Below, one piece after another: positions 11,434 to 20,735 of a stretch of 43,257 nucleotides of DNA. Within the stretch, counting starts at the first letter, position 1. Every line of letters begins with the position of its first letter. This stretch comes from an uncultured bacterium (GTDB lineage Bacteria > JAGOEH01). Both the position numbers and the translations under genes were made by a program. Location: the NCBI GenBank assembly GCA_964632485.1, contig CAZWDO010000027.1, positions 1 through 43,257 on the forward strand, in the 5' to 3' direction. The notes under the pieces were generated by a model. The model did no database searches. It saw only the letters and a program-made list of their open reading frames with translations, and was not told the origin of the DNA.

Positions 11434-12753
11434 CTAAAAAATAATTGTCGAGTCGTTAAAAGCGGAACGCAATAGCGCAGTATCGATTAAAATATTTTTT
11501 TGAGAATACTCTTTTGGCAGTAAAGCCCGATGAGCCAGTTCCTGGGTTTCGTTATACATATACATACGTTGTGACAGACGCGCCAGCCACGTGTTGATAA
11601 TTTGATAGCGATGTTTTTTCTCTAAAACCACCGGATCTTCTTCCATCCCGGATTCCCGGGCTTGATTGGTAATGATACTATCCCGCAAAGCCAATTCAAG
11701 CGCTTGCCGAAGATTGAGTTTCCAATATGAATGATGGATATCGGGCAAGGCTTTGATTAATTGTTCCGCGCTGAAGGGTTTTCCCTCAATGGATGCAATG
11801 GATTTTGCCCGAATCTCCACGGGTATTTTCTCTGGTAAATTTTCTAAAGAAATCATGGCTCGTTCACGTTGATCACGGGGCAACAGGGGTTGAATATACC
11901 CCCACAACTGATGCAATGCCGCCATATCGACTCTCAGTTTCAGTTGCCATAAATGATCGCGTGTGTACTGAGCAACGGCCCAATCGAAGTGTCTTTCCCT
12001 TACTTTGTACGCCAGCTTTTTTATTTCCAAGGGATGAGGGGAAACAATGACCGAAGTAGCCTGGATGGAATCAATCCAAAAAATATGCCAGCCCATTAAT
12101 GATTGAACCGCTTGAGAAGGCTCATTCATCGATAATTCATACAGCGTTTGTTCGACGGGCCAATCGGTGTCGCCCCAGCCTAACCATCCCAACAATTGCC
12201 CATAGGGCTGATGACGAATAGAATCTTTACTGGAATAAATTTGATTAAAAGTTGCGCCCTGTTTTATGGATTGGGCCAGATTTGCGATTGTCATCGAGTC
12301 AGGGCTATAAATTTGTCGAACATACAATCGGGTGTTTTGAAGACGCAACTGGCGATTCAATTCTTCCGCGGCAGGTAGAGTGATGGAGTCCCCAATTTCA
12401 CGTTCCCAAAACCTCCGACGTAAGCTGCGTTCATAATCCCGCTGAGTTTTTCGACGAACTTCCGGCAGGGAATCCCACCCGGCAAGAGCGGGATCCCGGG
12501 CAATTAATTCCTGCTCGATTATCTCTTTAACGATCTTGAGTCGGAGACTCGGATTATCCGGTTCTTCAGTTATTTGCCACTGGCTGAAATAAACCCGCTC
12601 AAAGTCAGCCAACGTGATGGATATCCCATCATAGACAGCCACAACCGGCGCATTTGGTTTTTTAGATGTACAATTCCCCAGAACGATAACTGCGAATAGA
12701 ATGAGACCATATCGAGCCATCAGCGAAAGGAGCAAGTCTCTCTGGTGGTTCAT
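11434..12753 (-). CDS. PpiC/SurA/PrsA-like peptidyl-prolyl isomerase/chaperone lipoprotein (rotamase motif degenerate)
   Basis: Lipobox LGNC; VVAVYDGISIT; LGWLG..., SQAVQSLMGWHIF resembling parvulin. Confidence 0.7.
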   Translation of the reverse strand: MNHQRDLLLSLMARYGLILFAVIVLGNCTSKKPNAPVVAVYDGISITLADFERVYFSQWQITEEPDNPSLRLKIVKEIIEQELIARDPALAGWDSLPEVRRKTQRDYERSLRRRFWEREIGDSITLPAAEELNRQLRLQNTRLYVRQIYSPDSMTIANLAQSIKQGATFNQIYSSKDSIRHQPYGQLLGWLGWGDTDWPVEQTLYELSMNEPSQAVQSLMGWHIFWIDSIQATSVIVSPHPLEIKKLAYKVRERHFDWAVAQYTRDHLWQLKLRVDMAALHQLWGYIQPLLPRDQRERAMISLENLPEKIPVEIRAKSIASIEGKPFSAEQLIKALPDIHHSYWKLNLRQALELALRDSIITNQARESGMEEDPVVLEKKHRYQIINTWLARLSQRMYMYNETQELAHRALLPKEYSQKNILIDTALLRSAFNDSTIIF

Positions 12754-13946
12754 AGGTTACGTATCACCATGGCGATTCCCATTCCTCCTCCTACACAGAG
12801 CGAAGCCAGTCCCAGTTTTTTTTGATACGTTTTGAGGGCAAAAAGCAGAGTCGCCAGGATTCGGGCGCCGCTGGCGCCGATGGGATGTCCCAATGCAATG
12901 GCGCCGCCATGGACGTTAATGCGCTTATGATCCAATTCACCTGCCCATTGTTCCAACAAATGGTTCACGGCCATTGTTTGAACGGCAAAAGCTTCATTGA
13001 GTTCAAGCAGATCGATATTCTTAAGTTTCAGTCCTGTTTTGGACAATACATTCTGAATCGCTGGTACCGGCCCCAACCCCATTTCCATGGGCGCAACTCC
13101 GGCTTGAGCAAATCCCAGTATTTCTGCCAGGGGTTTCAACCCAAGTTTTTTTATTTTTTTCTCGCCGGCTAATACCACCATTGCCGCTCCGTCATTGACG
13201 CCGGAAGCATTGGCGGCAGTGACCGTGCCGTCTTTTTTAAATGCGGGAGCCATTTTAGCCAATTTTTCCAGCGTGATGTCCGGCCGTGGATGCTCATCAT
13301 GTAATACAACGATAGGGTCTCCCTTGCGTTGCGGAACTGAAACCGGGATTGTTTCATCTAAAAAAGCATTCATTTCCATCGCTTTTTTGCAACGCATCTG
13401 GCTTTCCCAGGCAAATCGATCCTGATCCTCTCGGTTGATAGAGTATTTTTCAGCTAAATATTCTGCGGTAATTCCCATGTGAACGTGATGAAAGACATCA
13501 GTAAGACCTTCATTGATCATATAATCAACGGCTTCAAGAGGCCCCATGCGCCCGCCCCAACGCAAAGCAGGCAAATAATAGGGCGCTTGCGACATATTTT
13601 CAATACCGCCGGCTACGACCAATTCGCTTTCTTCCAGGCGGATTGATTGAGCGGCCAGACCTACAGCCTTGAGTCCTGAACCGCAGACCTGATTAACACT
13701 ATACATGGGTACAGTTTCATTAATCCCTGATCCAATTCCCACCTGGCGGGCAGGATTCATACCCATTCCCGCGCTTAATACATTTCCAACAATCAATTCA
13801 TCAATCTCTTCACGAGGAATCTCGTAACGCTCAAGAATCCCTCGGGTGATGGATTCACCCAGTTTGACAGCGCTAAAATCTTTAAAAACTCCTCCGAAAG
13901 CTCCAATTGGGGTTCGTCCGGCAGCTACAATAAAGGTCCGACTCAT
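12750..13946 (-). CDS. Acetyl-CoA C-acetyltransferase (thiolase)
   Basis: RTPIG, NQVCGSG, NEAFA, GAIALGHPIGASG, SLCVGGG. Confidence 0.95.
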   Translation of the reverse strand: MSRTFIVAAGRTPIGAFGGVFKDFSAVKLGESITRGILERYEIPREEIDELIVGNVLSAGMGMNPARQVGIGSGINETVPMYSVNQVCGSGLKAVGLAAQSIRLEESELVVAGGIENMSQAPYYLPALRWGGRMGPLEAVDYMINEGLTDVFHHVHMGITAEYLAEKYSINREDQDRFAWESQMRCKKAMEMNAFLDETIPVSVPQRKGDPIVVLHDEHPRPDITLEKLAKMAPAFKKDGTVTAANASGVNDGAAMVVLAGEKKIKKLGLKPLAEILGFAQAGVAPMEMGLGPVPAIQNVLSKTGLKLKNIDLLELNEAFAVQTMAVNHLLEQWAGELDHKRINVHGGAIALGHPIGASGARILATLLFALKTYQKKLGLASLCVGGGMGIAMVIRNL

Positions 13947-15223
13947 ACGCTCAACTCCTTATCCTCGGATTTCATCACTCTTTTAACGATAGTGGCAAAG
14001 TCTTCCAAATTGAGCGGTCCTTTAATAACCGTGGAGATATATTTTACTTCGTCAATGATACAATCCAGCATTTCGGCAGAGGTTTCGCTGTATCCCAGTT
14101 TTTGAAGAAAAAACTCAACCGTTGCTTTACCGGAACCCTTGCTAAGAACATAGGTTAAATCCTTTTGTCCAACTTGTTCAGGCATAAAGGGCAGCATAAT
14201 GGTTGGCGGAAACTGATAATGCGCGGCATTGATAAAAATATGCATAATCATCCCCGATTCCACATTAAATAAATTCGATCCGACAATCGGTTTATTGGGA
14301 GCGATCGGGAATTTACTGATTTGCTGACAAATATTAGATAAATGATTCAATTCTTGCAATCGGATTCCAGTATCAATATGAAAAAGATTTTTCATATTAA
14401 CGGCGAATTCCTCCAGAGGGATATTCCCGGCCCGTTCTCCAAGCCCGTTAATTGCTGTATGTACTGCATTGGCGCCACCTAAAACCGCAGTTACCGCATT
14501 AGCAGTCGCCATGCCATAATCATTGTGGGCATGATATTCAATCCGCTTATCAGGAAACCAACTCCGCATTTTTTTAAAAAACTCAAAGAGAATCAAAGGA
14601 TGAACCATACCAAAGGTATCAGCAATGGTAATAATTTCGGGATTTGATTGAGCCACAACGGATTTAAAAACACGTTCCACATAAGAAATATCAACGCGGA
14701 ATGCGTCCCAACCCATCCAATTCACTAAAAAACCACGATTCTTAGCATAGTTGATGGCATCCACATTTTTTCTGATGAGTTCTTCTTCACCGAATTGATA
14801 GGCGAATTTGCACGTATAGGGATTGATACTATGCTCAATGACTAAACCATCGAGACCCAGATCGGAGGCCTTATCAATGTCATCACTATTGGCGCGGGTC
14901 AACGCCATGATGCGGGCCCGATGCGGCTTTTGGGTGACACGTTTAATCGCCGCCCGATCTTTATCAACCATCGGCAACCCCATCTCAATCGATTTTACGC
15001 CGATTTCATCCAACATAGTCGCGATCAAAACTTTTTCTTCGATGGAAAAAACGACACCGGGAGCCTGTTCTCCATCGCGTAACGTGCAGTCATGAACATA
15101 AACATCAGCAGGCACTTGGAGCAATTGCTGAAACTCGGGCACAAAATTTAAAAACGCTGTCCAAGCGGTTTTTTCATTAAAATAGGGTTTATCGCTCAAT
15201 GAATGTTCCGGTAATTCCAACAT
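13943..15223 (-). CDS. DRE-TIM acetyl-CoA condensing enzyme (homocitrate/isopropylmalate synthase-like) without regulatory domain
   Basis: DCTLRDGEQAPG, HAHNDYGMA, NGLGERAGN; 426 aa; AGAGGAGG RBS. Confidence 0.85.
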   Translation of the reverse strand: MLELPEHSLSDKPYFNEKTAWTAFLNFVPEFQQLLQVPADVYVHDCTLRDGEQAPGVVFSIEEKVLIATMLDEIGVKSIEMGLPMVDKDRAAIKRVTQKPHRARIMALTRANSDDIDKASDLGLDGLVIEHSINPYTCKFAYQFGEEELIRKNVDAINYAKNRGFLVNWMGWDAFRVDISYVERVFKSVVAQSNPEIITIADTFGMVHPLILFEFFKKMRSWFPDKRIEYHAHNDYGMATANAVTAVLGGANAVHTAINGLGERAGNIPLEEFAVNMKNLFHIDTGIRLQELNHLSNICQQISKFPIAPNKPIVGSNLFNVESGMIMHIFINAAHYQFPPTIMLPFMPEQVGQKDLTYVLSKGSGKATVEFFLQKLGYSETSAEMLDCIIDEVKYISTVIKGPLNLEDFATIVKRVMKSEDKELSV

Positions 15224-15238
15224 ATAAAGGACCTCCTC

Positions 15239-16573
15239 TTATTTGTACTGCTCAAAAACTTCTTCCAGAATATCGCACGCAATCGCAGCTTCATCCAAGG
15301 TCATAACCAGGGGCGGCGCTAATCGCAATACATTGCCGAAATGCCCAATAGGGGCAAACATGAGTAAACCCTTTTTCCAACAATCGTAATTGATCTGATG
15401 GGCTAATTGGGCATTGGGCTCTCGAGTCGCTTTGCTTTTCACGATCTCCAGTCCCAGAACACAACCCCACCCCCGGGCTTCACCCAGGATTTCCACATCT
15501 TTCTCCAATTTCTTCATACGCTCCAGGATATATTTCCCAAGTCGATCGGCATTTTCCCAAAGTTTTTCTTTTAGAATAATCTCAATATTTTTCAAGGCAA
15601 TACGACAGGAAAACGCATTCCCGCCATGAGTTGACGACAACGAGCCGGGAGTCAGCACATCCATAATCTCTTTACGACCGATAACCGCTGAGATCGGCAC
15701 CGAGGAACTGATCCCCTTACCCACGGTCAACAGATCGGGTTGAATATCGAAATGCTGGTGGCAAAATAATTTACCGGACCGACCGAAGGAGGCTTGAACT
15801 TCGTCAATAATTAATAAAATGCCATTATCATTGCACCATTTCTGAAGTTTTTGAAACCATTCTTTAGGCGGGATTATAGTTCCCGGCGCGCCCTGATAGG
15901 GTTCAGCGATAATAGCGGCTATATTCTTTTCCGTAGCGCAATCGACAAAATAATCCAAGTATTTAAAACATTGCAAATCGCATTCCGGGTAAGTTTTTCC
16001 GAATGCGCAGCGGTAACAGTTGGCATAGGGAATATTATAAGTACCATAAGTATAGGGGCCAAATCCCCGGGTGCCCGAACCTGATCGTTTGCCGCCCAAA
16101 GCCATGGACATATAGGTTCGTCCGTGAAAGGCGCCATGGAAAGAAATAATTTCATATTTTCCCGTGTATTTGCGGGCAATCTTGATCGCCGCTTCTACAG
16201 CCTCGGTTCCAGCGGAAACAAAAAAAGCTTTGCCGAAATGCGAACCCGAAATTTCAACCAGTTTCTTGGCTAAAGCCCCTCGATATTTGTTCACAAAATC
16301 ATAACTATTAACCATCTGATTGGCTTGATCACACATCTCCAGTACTAATTCCTGGCGACTATGTCCGACATTGGCGACCAATACCCCAGAAGTAAAATCG
16401 ATAAATCTGTTTCCATCCACATCCCAGACACTGATGCCGCGGGCATGGTCCCACACGCACGGAACGTTTTCCGTGGTTGAATTTGGCTCATAATCCCGGC
16501 TCAATTGCAAATAATGCTGCGCCTTGGGTCCCGGCAACGATGTTTGAATATCCACTAAATCCTGTCGATCCAT
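15239..16573 (-). CDS. Class III PLP-dependent aminotransferase (GabT-like)
   Basis: WDVDGNRFIDF, FHGRT, IIDEVQASFGRSG, PLP Lys in TVGKG, STHGGN. Confidence 0.92.
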   Translation of the reverse strand: MDRQDLVDIQTSLPGPKAQHYLQLSRDYEPNSTTENVPCVWDHARGISVWDVDGNRFIDFTSGVLVANVGHSRQELVLEMCDQANQMVNSYDFVNKYRGALAKKLVEISGSHFGKAFFVSAGTEAVEAAIKIARKYTGKYEIISFHGAFHGRTYMSMALGGKRSGSGTRGFGPYTYGTYNIPYANCYRCAFGKTYPECDLQCFKYLDYFVDCATEKNIAAIIAEPYQGAPGTIIPPKEWFQKLQKWCNDNGILLIIDEVQASFGRSGKLFCHQHFDIQPDLLTVGKGISSSVPISAVIGRKEIMDVLTPGSLSSTHGGNAFSCRIALKNIEIILKEKLWENADRLGKYILERMKKLEKDVEILGEARGWGCVLGLEIVKSKATREPNAQLAHQINYDCWKKGLLMFAPIGHFGNVLRLAPPLVMTLDEAAIACDILEEVFEQYK

Positions 16574-16595
16574 ATTGAATCTCCCTGGTTAATTT

Positions 16596-19061
16596 TTATC
16601 GTTCAACTCGTGAAGGAAAACCATCTATTAAAAACGGTCGGGAAAAATTCTCATAGGGTGGAATTTCCCGGGCAAACTGCCATCGCTCAAAACACTGATC
16701 ACCGGTTTGCCAGCCGGAATCTGATTTAGAAGCCACCCGCCATTCAGCTCCACTTCTAATCATATTTCGTGTCCCGGATCTATCCAGCCATTCTCCAAAA
16801 AAATATACTGACGGGCAATCATTGCGAAAAGATTCCGCAGCGATTGCAATCCGATTAACTCCTTTCCGTAAATAAGGTTTTAAATCAAATACTTTGATAC
16901 GGGATTGTTCAACTTTTAAAGAAAGTGTATGATGCGTGATCACTTCACCCACATGACGGCCATTGATCCAAAAATTAGCAATTCCTTGAGCAATCAACTC
17001 GACAATTAATGACGAGGGAATTTCGTCTTCCAGGTATAAATTGTAGCGGTAAAAAAGCCGGGGATATGCTGCTTCGCTTTTCTGATCACTATCCAGTGTG
17101 ATAAAAGAACCAGGAAGACTCCCCGAAAAATCAGAACGCCCATTCATTGCCAATTGACCAAACAGGTCCAGGTAATAAAGCGCATAATCAAATTCCTTCA
17201 TCAATCGGGATAAATTTTCTTCACGATTGGTTTGGAGCCATAATTGCTGATACTCATTTTTAAGTTGTACGAGTTCTTCCTTGAGTTGCATGGCGCGGGG
17301 AGACAATTCCGCCAGTTTTATTTTATAGTCTGTATTGAGAAAATGGAAACTCTTGAGACGATGAAAATCCACCATTAAAAGCTGTTCATTAGCGTAAAAC
17401 CGCGCAATTTTTGCCACCCAGCGAATATAATCCGCACGGTGAATTGAAGAGCCTTCGGGACAAAGCAGTAGTAAATTATCACTGAGTCCCAGTAGTTGAT
17501 AAGATTGAGCATTTGATTCCATATAACCACTATAATTAAAACGATCCGGTTGATATGGAAACTGAAACAGCTCTTTAAACGTAATCGATTCTCCAACCAG
17601 TGTCAGCAGATGATGGATTTGTCGCCAGCTATTTTGTTGCATGGGATCGGCCAACCAGTTCCACCAAAAAATGGATTCAAAGCGTTCCAGATTGGCATTC
17701 AGTGGATTCCAGGCGCAGTCGGCGCCCCAGCCATACCCAAAATAATCCGATTCACGCAGATTGGCGCCGCCGAAATCTCCCCAACCGGAGATGATAGACC
17801 CCCTGGCATTGTGTTCAAATCCATCCCGTGTAAAATTATAAATATTCGTTACCGCATTATTCCAGGCTGGATAAAACCTCCGCCAGTTCCAGACAGCCGA
17901 ACTTACGATGTAAGGTTGGGCAATCATTTCAAATTTTTCAGTATATTCATAAAAAATTCGGGGTGAATAAGCCCAATAAACCATCATGACGTCCTGGGGT
18001 AAAGCCGCCCAAATTTCCGGATGCTTTTGCACGATATCGCTATACATCATTATTTTTTTACCCTGACGACGAACTAATTCAAATACCCGATTGTAATGCT
18101 CCAAATGAAGCTGGCCAACGCCTTTGCGCGATGCTACCGAAGCGCTCCGACCTTTCCCGACATCAAACGACTCATCTGCGCCAATATGAAACCAGGGAGA
18201 CGAAAACATTTGACACACCTCGGCTATCGCTTTTTCTAAAAAAAGATAGGTCTCTGGCTCGCCAACTGCTAACGAAGCTGCTCCTGGAAACTCCGCCATA
18301 GCTTCATATTCTTCCTCCATTAAAATATTCTCCCAATGACCCAGTGTTTGAAATACCGGAACAATTGTAACAAAATAACCCTGCGCGTACGCATCCAACT
18401 CGCGAATCTCTGCTGCTGTCAATCGGCCGCGCGCCTTACCAAATGAAGGGAAGGCTGCTAATTGTACTACGTCCTCTAAATATAAAAAATAATAATTTAA
18501 TTTAAATAGCCCGCAAAACCGGATAATTTCTTTGAAATTTGTTAACGTCGAGACCTGGCCCCGACTGATATCATCCGATATACCCCGAAATTCCATAACT
18601 GGATAATCCCGGATAATCCCTTGGGGAAGAACTTGTTTGCGTTCGACCAGCAATTGACGCAACGTCATTAAAGCATTAAAAAAACCCTGGACTTTTTCTG
18701 CGCGAATCGTAATCTTGTCCCGGCTAATTTCAATCTCATAGTACGCCTCACGTTGATAATCCTTAAGAGCAGGTTTATCCAATTTTACAATCATAAATTC
18801 CAGATTAGATTCTGAGACCTGAGATACTTTTTCAACAGTCGTTACTTGCCCCAATTCAATAAGAGACTGTTCCAACCGTTGGGAATACTCTTCATCTAAA
18901 CCATTATACAATAATGTGTTAAATATATATTCACCAGAATGGGATTCCCAGGATTGAACGGCAGGAATAACCGGCAGATCGACTGGATATTCAGTGGCAG
19001 AGATTATTCCTATGGCAATAAACAAAAAAAAGGATACAAAAAACATGAACCAATCAGACAT
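16596..19061 (-). CDS. Secreted GH20 beta-N-acetylhexosaminidase with C-terminal beta-sandwich domain
   Basis: Signal peptide; IRDYP..FRG..DDISRG; QTLGH; catalytic HIGADE. Confidence 0.88.
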   Translation of the reverse strand: MSDWFMFFVSFFLFIAIGIISATEYPVDLPVIPAVQSWESHSGEYIFNTLLYNGLDEEYSQRLEQSLIELGQVTTVEKVSQVSESNLEFMIVKLDKPALKDYQREAYYEIEISRDKITIRAEKVQGFFNALMTLRQLLVERKQVLPQGIIRDYPVMEFRGISDDISRGQVSTLTNFKEIIRFCGLFKLNYYFLYLEDVVQLAAFPSFGKARGRLTAAEIRELDAYAQGYFVTIVPVFQTLGHWENILMEEEYEAMAEFPGAASLAVGEPETYLFLEKAIAEVCQMFSSPWFHIGADESFDVGKGRSASVASRKGVGQLHLEHYNRVFELVRRQGKKIMMYSDIVQKHPEIWAALPQDVMMVYWAYSPRIFYEYTEKFEMIAQPYIVSSAVWNWRRFYPAWNNAVTNIYNFTRDGFEHNARGSIISGWGDFGGANLRESDYFGYGWGADCAWNPLNANLERFESIFWWNWLADPMQQNSWRQIHHLLTLVGESITFKELFQFPYQPDRFNYSGYMESNAQSYQLLGLSDNLLLLCPEGSSIHRADYIRWVAKIARFYANEQLLMVDFHRLKSFHFLNTDYKIKLAELSPRAMQLKEELVQLKNEYQQLWLQTNREENLSRLMKEFDYALYYLDLFGQLAMNGRSDFSGSLPGSFITLDSDQKSEAAYPRLFYRYNLYLEDEIPSSLIVELIAQGIANFWINGRHVGEVITHHTLSLKVEQSRIKVFDLKPYLRKGVNRIAIAAESFRNDCPSVYFFGEWLDRSGTRNMIRSGAEWRVASKSDSGWQTGDQCFERWQFAREIPPYENFSRPFLIDGFPSRVER

Positions 19062-19374
19062 AACTTACCTTTCAAAAAGTGTTAAATAACAACAATTAAT
19101 AAACGACTTTAAAGAATCTATCATAACTCATTATTTTTAAACATCATCCTTCCACAATTGTCTTTTCCAAAGAGACAACAAAATCATTGTGAAATTATTA
19201 ACGCAAGATAAGCCCTCTTAATTTTTTCAGACTGTGGGTATCTTTAGCAGAGGATATAAGGAGAAATTGGCGCGAAACCCTCATAATGATCATTGCTAAA
19301 AATTATCTTTCTTCCTACTGAAATTTTAATGGCAAGTTGAACGTTTTAGAATAATGTTCATAAAAACTTATTTT

Positions 19375-19403
19375 ATTATAGGATAAAAAACAGTATTTGT
19401 CAA
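19375..19403 (-). promoter_or_regulatory. Perfect consensus sigma70 promoter for the GH20 operon
   Basis: TTGACA-17 nt-TATAAT on the minus strand. Confidence 0.8.
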
Positions 19404-19441
19404 GACTTGAAAAAAAATTTCCTCAAATTTTAAAAATTCGA

Positions 19442-19469
19442 TTGACAAATTTAAATATGCGTGTATTTT
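19442..19469 (+). promoter_or_regulatory. sigma70-like promoter of mutY, possibly leaderless
   Basis: TTGACA-16 nt-TATTTT, 7 nt before ATG 19477; no SD sequence. Confidence 0.5.
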
Positions 19470-19476
19470 TGGCTAT

Positions 19477-20562
19477 ATGAAAAGTATAAAACCTATTAGT
19501 GGTGGAATTTTAGACACACCGTTCCCAGTCGATAATCTGCTGACTTGGTTCGAACGACATCGTCGCGATTTGCCATGGCGTGGCTCCCGGGATATATATG
19601 CAATATGGGTATCGGAAATTATGCTCCAACAGACACAAGTAGCGACAGTCATTGATTATTATACGCGTTTCATGGCAATATTTTCTACAGTTGAAGATTT
19701 AGCCCGAGCATCATTGGATGATGTACTTAGACTTTGGGAAGGGTTGGGTTATTATGCTCGAGCCCGTAATTTTAAAAAAGCGGCTGAAATCGTTGTCAAC
19801 GATCTTGCAGGGAAAATCCCCTCTGAGCCGGAACAATTTCGCCGGTTACCCGGAGTCGGCGACTATATTTGCGCGGCCGTCATGAGCATTGCCTGCGGTC
19901 ATCCTCTACCAGTGATTGACGGCAATGTTATTCGGGTTTACAGCCGTTTTATCGGATATTATGAAAATGTCCGCACTCAACGCGCTAAAAATCAAATTCG
20001 GGATTATCTATCCTCAATCATCCCCATCAAATGCCCGGGAGCCTTTAATGAAGCATTAATGGAATTAGGCGCGGTTATCTGCAAACCCCAGAAGCCGCAT
20101 TGTTTCCGATGCCCCTTGAAAAATACCTGCCATGCTTTGCGGGAACAAAAAATTATGGAGATTCCTTTGACTATCAAGGCCGCTCCCATCCCGCACTATA
20201 TCGTTGCCCTCGCTATTTTTGTTGATCAGAATCGGTTGTTCATCCAAAAGCGACCCCCCGAAGGCCACTTGGGTGGATTGTGGGAATTTCCCGGCGGAAA
20301 ACAGTTACCCGAAGAATCTATCGAAACAACGCTGATACGGGAATGCTGGGAAGAGCTCACAATTATCCCGAGAATTCAAAAAAAACTTAATCCGGTAAAC
20401 CATGCTTATTCCCATTTTAAAATTACTATCCATCCGTTTATTTGTGAAATTGCCGAAGGGATTATTCACACTGAACGTGAATGGCGATGGATCGAATGGG
20501 ATCAAATTAACGAATTTGCCTTTCCTCAAGCCAATCGAAAAATATTCAAACAACTCAACTAA
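19477..20562 (+). CDS. mutY: A/G-specific adenine glycosylase with C-terminal Nudix domain
   Basis: RDLPWR, WVSEIMLQQT, WEGLGYY, LPGVG, DGNV, CKPQKPHCFRCPLKNTC Fe-S motif, HAYSHF. Confidence 0.96.
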   Translation: MKSIKPISGGILDTPFPVDNLLTWFERHRRDLPWRGSRDIYAIWVSEIMLQQTQVATVIDYYTRFMAIFSTVEDLARASLDDVLRLWEGLGYYARARNFKKAAEIVVNDLAGKIPSEPEQFRRLPGVGDYICAAVMSIACGHPLPVIDGNVIRVYSRFIGYYENVRTQRAKNQIRDYLSSIIPIKCPGAFNEALMELGAVICKPQKPHCFRCPLKNTCHALREQKIMEIPLTIKAAPIPHYIVALAIFVDQNRLFIQKRPPEGHLGGLWEFPGGKQLPEESIETTLIRECWEELTIIPRIQKKLNPVNHAYSHFKITIHPFICEIAEGIIHTEREWRWIEWDQINEFAFPQANRKIFKQLN

Positions 20563-20639
20563 AATCCTGCATAGTTGAGAACACTCTCATGTTGTTTCCA
20601 ACGCGCCCAGCATACCAACTCAATCTGATTATTTTACTC

Positions 20640-20668
20640 TTGATTTTTATAAAAAAACATATTATAGT
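20640..20668 (+). promoter_or_regulatory. sigma70-like promoter of the homocysteine/aspartokinase genes
   Basis: TTGATT-17 nt-TATAGT, followed by the palindrome AATGTGA-N8-TCACATT at 20683-20704. Confidence 0.6.
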
Positions 20669-20735
20669 TAAAGCTATTTGAGAATGTGACGAACCGTTCA
20701 CATTGTAATTGAGAATTTAAAGAAAGGTTCTAAAT

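Noticed and set aside
15960..16025. Cys cluster CYRC...C...C in the aminotransferase as a novel metal site
   Set aside because: This motif is common in this class III subfamily
19198..19293. 31-aa ORF in the GH20 leader
   Set aside because: No properly spaced SD and no regulatory-codon bias
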